Shown here: positions 60,001 to 64,000 of the stretch, one piece after another | How the letters are laid out: the number at the start of each line of letters is the position of its first letter | Position numbering within the stretch: the first letter of the stretch is position 1 | Assembly (NCBI GenBank): GCA_002633005.1 | Contig: NMRA01000017.1 | Coordinates: forward strand, 74,463-138,462 | Reading direction: 5' to 3' | DNA length: 64,000 nucleotides | Source: Phoronis australis | Taxonomy: Eukaryota; Animalia; Phoronida | Position numbers and translations under genes: made by a program | The notes under the pieces: generated by a model | Database searches by the model: none | What the model was told of the DNA's origin: nothing | What the model saw: the letters and a program-made list of their open reading frames with translations, nothing else

Positions 60001-61814
60001 AATACATTTTGTCCAATTTGATATTCTGTCGTCCTTTTCTCTTGCAACTGAACCTCAGTTCAATTCAAGCCCATTACCAGTGGTATTTACTTGTTACTAG
60101 GTGGCGCTGCTTGTATTGGACAGTCGTGTTCACGTCAATTCAACCCCATTACCATGGCTATTTAATTGTTACTAGGTGGCGCAGCAATTGGACAGTCGTG
60201 TTCAAGGCAATTCAAGCCCATTACCATGGCTATTCATTTGTTCAACATCGACTGTTCGCAACTACATTTCCTTACAGTGAAGATCAAAACTTTATTTGGT
60301 TATGGTGACTTCAAGTTTGCATATTTATGCCAGAAATGAAAGTAACATACTTTATTTTATCAATTCAAGAAGTAAAATGGTTGAGCATCTCCATTACAGG
60401 GCCATCTTCTGTATGCCTACAACATCCACAGGCAATGTAATTGCCAACTTTCCTCCCACCATGGATGGCACATGGGTGACCTCCCTATCACCCTCTGTAT
60501 ATTTACCTTAAACAATTACATCGCCCGTAGCATACATGTAATAGCTTTGTATTGGTAATCAACCAATTTACATTTTGATTGATACAATAAAATACATGTA
60601 TGGAAACAGTTTCTTGTGAATAAGAGACAATACACTGCCAAAAAACTGTAATTTTCACCCGTTTAGTTTTTTTGTCCTAAATATACAAATAAGGGGTGAG
60701 AAAAATCTAACACTGTATCGCTATTCTACTCCTAAATTTGTGGAGCGATAAGATGTCATCTTTCAGCATCATGTCAAATACTGGCCGACTCTTTATTTTT
60801 CCACAAAGTTGCATATAGATCACAACACCATAGTCAGTATGCACTTAGTTTCACTTTCTTTTAAAATTTTCAGCTTAAATTACCAGCAAATTTCTGGAAA
60901 ACTTTGGCTTCCCCAGCTGTGGTGAAGTTGGCATCTTCTCCCAAAGATGTCACAAAAGTTTGTTAATTATGTAAATTTTCCAACGGCACTGGCTGTGGTT
61001 AGATATAGCAGTCCCTGATATAGAGATCCAGTTTCGCCTGGTCCTGTTAATCAGGACAAGATGACAAGGTCAAGCAGACCTACAGAATGAAATTTCAAAG
61101 TCTCTGTGAGGTAAACAAACATCAATTCCTAAGCGTACAGCCCAGCCACGGCTTCTACTAGTACTCTCTGTCACTTGGTCCTCAGACGTAGGGACGTGGA
61201 GCTTATTTCATTCTCCCCGGTCTTTCAAAACATACCTCTTACACCATTGGCCTTTACTTATAAGGTGTACGTTAGTGGCACGTTCTAACAGAACGCAATA
61301 GGCTCCCATGCGTAGGGACGTCAGAGGGCCAGGGGCAGGGCAAGCCTGGCAAGGCCAATACACGTTTCCTGACCAGTAACGCCTATTTTTCTGCGGTTAA
61401 CGTCAAAAATATACTATCTACTTCCCCTAAAAATCAAAATATATTTGTACTTACCCTTTACTTTAGCACTGTTTAGAGTCTGTCAAATGTTTTTGACTTC
61501 CTGTACTGTATTTTATGGCCATTAGGAAAGTTGCATTGTGGTCTGAAAATAACTTCCGAGTTTGTGTGGCGGGAAATTTGCCGGTGTTTGTTTTTGTTCA
61601 TCTGTTCATTCGTTACACAAGTCAAGTTGGCGCAAGTATCATGTCTGTGGTCGTGCAGAAATGGTCCAGAACAGATGCAGCAACTAAAGACCTTCAGAAA
61701 TTACTGAAATGTCTTGTTTGGTAAGGATATACTATTGTTGTCTATTCTGGGAGATGTGTCAAGGCAGACAACTGAGACTGCAGACTGCAGTGTGCAGTGA
61801 CCACCGTTTGGCGT

Positions 61815-62609
61815 GGTAATTGTTTACAATATGACGACATTGACTTACACTCATGATTTTGGTATCGTTTGATTCCTTGCAAAGTTATCTTTCCAAAAAT
61901 ATTCAGAAATTCTTCCTACTCCATTCTTTTAATATTTTATCGTAAAATTTCTGTTCGTACTTAATTTCGTGATACGTGGTAGTAATACCGCCATGTTGAA
62001 TGGAAGGAATCACCTGGTGGTCAAAAACTTAACTAATCTACCGACTTCTGTAGATCGTCGGTTTTCATAAGTTCAAATTGGCCGAGACTCGTCTATCCCC
62101 CACCCGAGTTACGGTGCCAAGGGTTCGAATTCGATCCTATGGTACGCATCGTGTTAGCACGAAACCGTGAAAAAAGTGGAAGTTGTTTTTGAGGTCCATA
62201 TTGGTGAAAATGGTATCCACTTCAGACAATTGAGTGGAAAAATGGTCAAATGGTCACAATTATAAAAAAATTGGAACAGGTGAAATGCTGCTACTTGTTC
62301 CTCCATACTCAGATATAGAGCTCCATATTATGTCGGGAAAACTTTAGCAGGATTCTTGCGCAGGCAAACGCCATTCAAAATCAATGATGCCGTTTCATTC
62401 ATTAACAACAGGTGTCGCTGTAATCTTGAGTTAAGCTAACATGGCGATGTCAACCGGGAAATAGTGCGAACCGAAATTAGACGATAAAATACGGAGGAAA
62501 CACGGTAGGGGATAAATTCCTATATTTTTGGAAAGATAACGTTGCGAGGAATCGAACGATACCAAAATCATGTGTGTACGTCAATGTCCTCATATTGTAA
62601 ACAATTACC
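61815..62609. mobile_element. Merlin-like foldback MITE with long TIRs
   Basis: Imperfect TIRs of ~150-180 bp starting GGTAATTGTTTACAATATG. 8-bp TSD TTTGGCGT / TCTGGCGT. GGNRM termini with an 8-bp TSD fit Merlin. Confidence 0.75.
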
Positions 62610-62760
62610 TCTGGCGTGTCTAGCTCAACTGAAAAGTGGAGACGTTTGGAAGCTTTTTGGCAAATTATGCCTAACACTGATTAAAACATCAAAGTCGCGT
62701 TATAAGTATACCTCTTGCACATAGAGGGACACCTTAATAAGTCCTTTTACAGTTTTAAGA

Positions 62761-62830
62761 CACGGGCGGCGCAGCACTGAAAAAAGTGGGGGCTATAGCC
62801 CCGCCAGCTCCCTATGGTGCGCCGCCCATG
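62761..62830. mobile_element. Short TIR element (CAYGGGCGGCGCA...TGCGCCGCCCATG); diverged second copy at ~7190-7266
   Basis: 13-bp inverted termini. Internal CTGAAA..GTGGGG..TATAGC..CCTATGGTG is shared by both copies. No TSD found. Confidence 0.55.
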
Positions 62831-63108
62831 TAGGAGACTGACGATGTCTTTGTAAATAGCCGAGATTACCCAACCCGGGAATTGAACCAGCGAGCGTGCT
62901 AACCATTCAGTTAATAGGTAATTGCCCGATAGTACCTGTTCTGTAGGAAAGGTAGGCGCCCAGTCGCTAATGCGAGTAAAATGGTACTGTGTGAGAAGAA
63001 GTTGACTTGCCGGTCACCCACGTGGCGAGCGAATTTTCAGAGCGCAAAAGTACTATATTGTTTCCCAGATGAACATGAATAAATTTTCTCCTCCTTGTGC
63101 TGTTTTTT

Positions 63109-63500
63109 ATGCGCCCACATATTTGTATGTGGACGCATTATGCCGTCATCTCCGTCTGTCCGGGCGGCGTCCCTCCGGCGTCCGCTGCTCTATCTAAAAA
63201 CCCTTTGACATACGTTCATGGAATGTAGCACATGTGTTCCATTAATGAATGGGACGGCATGAGCGAACTTTCGGATGGTTCCGACTACCGGTGTGCCCCC
63301 TAGTGGCAATTTTAGTTTTTTACGCTTACCTTTGTATCTTCAAAAGTCCTGAACGGATTTTCATGAACTTTAGTATATAGGCACCTATTAGTGAGATGAC
63401 GCTATCCTCCCGTTTTCGGATGAATTCGACGTAGTTAGTGCCACCTAGTGGCCATTTTTACTGTTTTCGAGTGTTTTTTTTTTGCGTCCACATCTCTATC
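63109..63500 (+). mobile_element. Helentron-associated non-autonomous element (HINE/DINE-like), truncated at the N
   Basis: Starts in a T-run with the palindrome ATGCGCCCACAT..ATGTGGACGCAT, then CGTCTGTCCG-like simple repeat, ~145-bp internal repeats, and another TGCGTCCACAT at 63484. Confidence 0.6.
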
Positions 63501-64000
63501 NATGGTCCAGAACAGATGCAGCAACTAAAGACCTTCAGAAATTACTGAAATGTCTTGTTTGGTAAGGATATACTATTCACCTATTTCACGAAAGCGCCAT
63601 CTTCCCGCGCCATCTTTAAATACTGATCGAAAACGAGGCACACTGATAAAAAGTCGTGAGTGGTCACCAGCTGGCCTTGATGGTGTACTGTGCAGTGCCT
63701 GAACGTACCAATTCCAACTCGTCGGTATCCTTCCCGGGGATATACTTACCCACTCGCCCAGTCGCCAATGCGAGTCAAAATGTTGCTAGGCGAATAGAAG
63801 TTGACTTGCCGGTCGCCCAGGTGGCGAGCGAATTTCAAAGCGCAACAGCACTATATATCGTTTCACAAATGAATATGAATAATTTTCCTCCTCCTTGTGC
63901 TGTTTTTATCATGAATTTAAGGTTCAGTTTGGTCATCGTGTCGATGCTCCGGCAGTAAAAAACATCCGCGCAGTGTGACCCTACCGATTCAGTACATGTC

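Noticed and set aside
62870-62912. tRNA gene (minus-strand A-box/B-box-like GGTTCAATTCCC)
   Set aside because: No complete cloverleaf; at most a decayed tRNA-derived SINE head.

Overview
AT-rich, intron-rich animal genomic DNA; an invertebrate, possibly a deuterostome, but the taxon is inference only. Two genes converge tail-to-tail. On the + strand is a SWI/SNF (BAF) subunit of the SMARCD/BAF60 family: 12 constitutive coding exons, 4857-24452, ~514 aa. On the - strand is a HECW/NEDL-type HECT E3 ubiquitin ligase with HECW_N, C2, two WW and HECT domains: 27 coding exons reconstructed, 53230-28214, ~1957 aa. The main new observation is in the 9.6-kb second intron of SMARCD. It holds four tiny exons (21, 18, 30, 60 nt) that the ORF track cannot show. 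All are phase-1 symmetric and stop-free, each has a downstream (T)GCATG Rbfox-type motif, and together they encode one coherent 43-aa Lys/Ser-rich then acidic peptide. A second theme is that many minisatellites sit on exon boundaries and multiply splice donors, acceptors or branch points. The window also holds Kolobok-, Merlin-, pogo/Tc1-, hAT-, Helentron- and CAC-terminus (Transib/Chapaev-like) transposon relics, a long 3'UTR hairpin, a possible 3' end of an upstream gene, and duplications at N junctions that look like assembly artifacts. All gene models were built by hand from splice signals and reading frames; no database searches were run.
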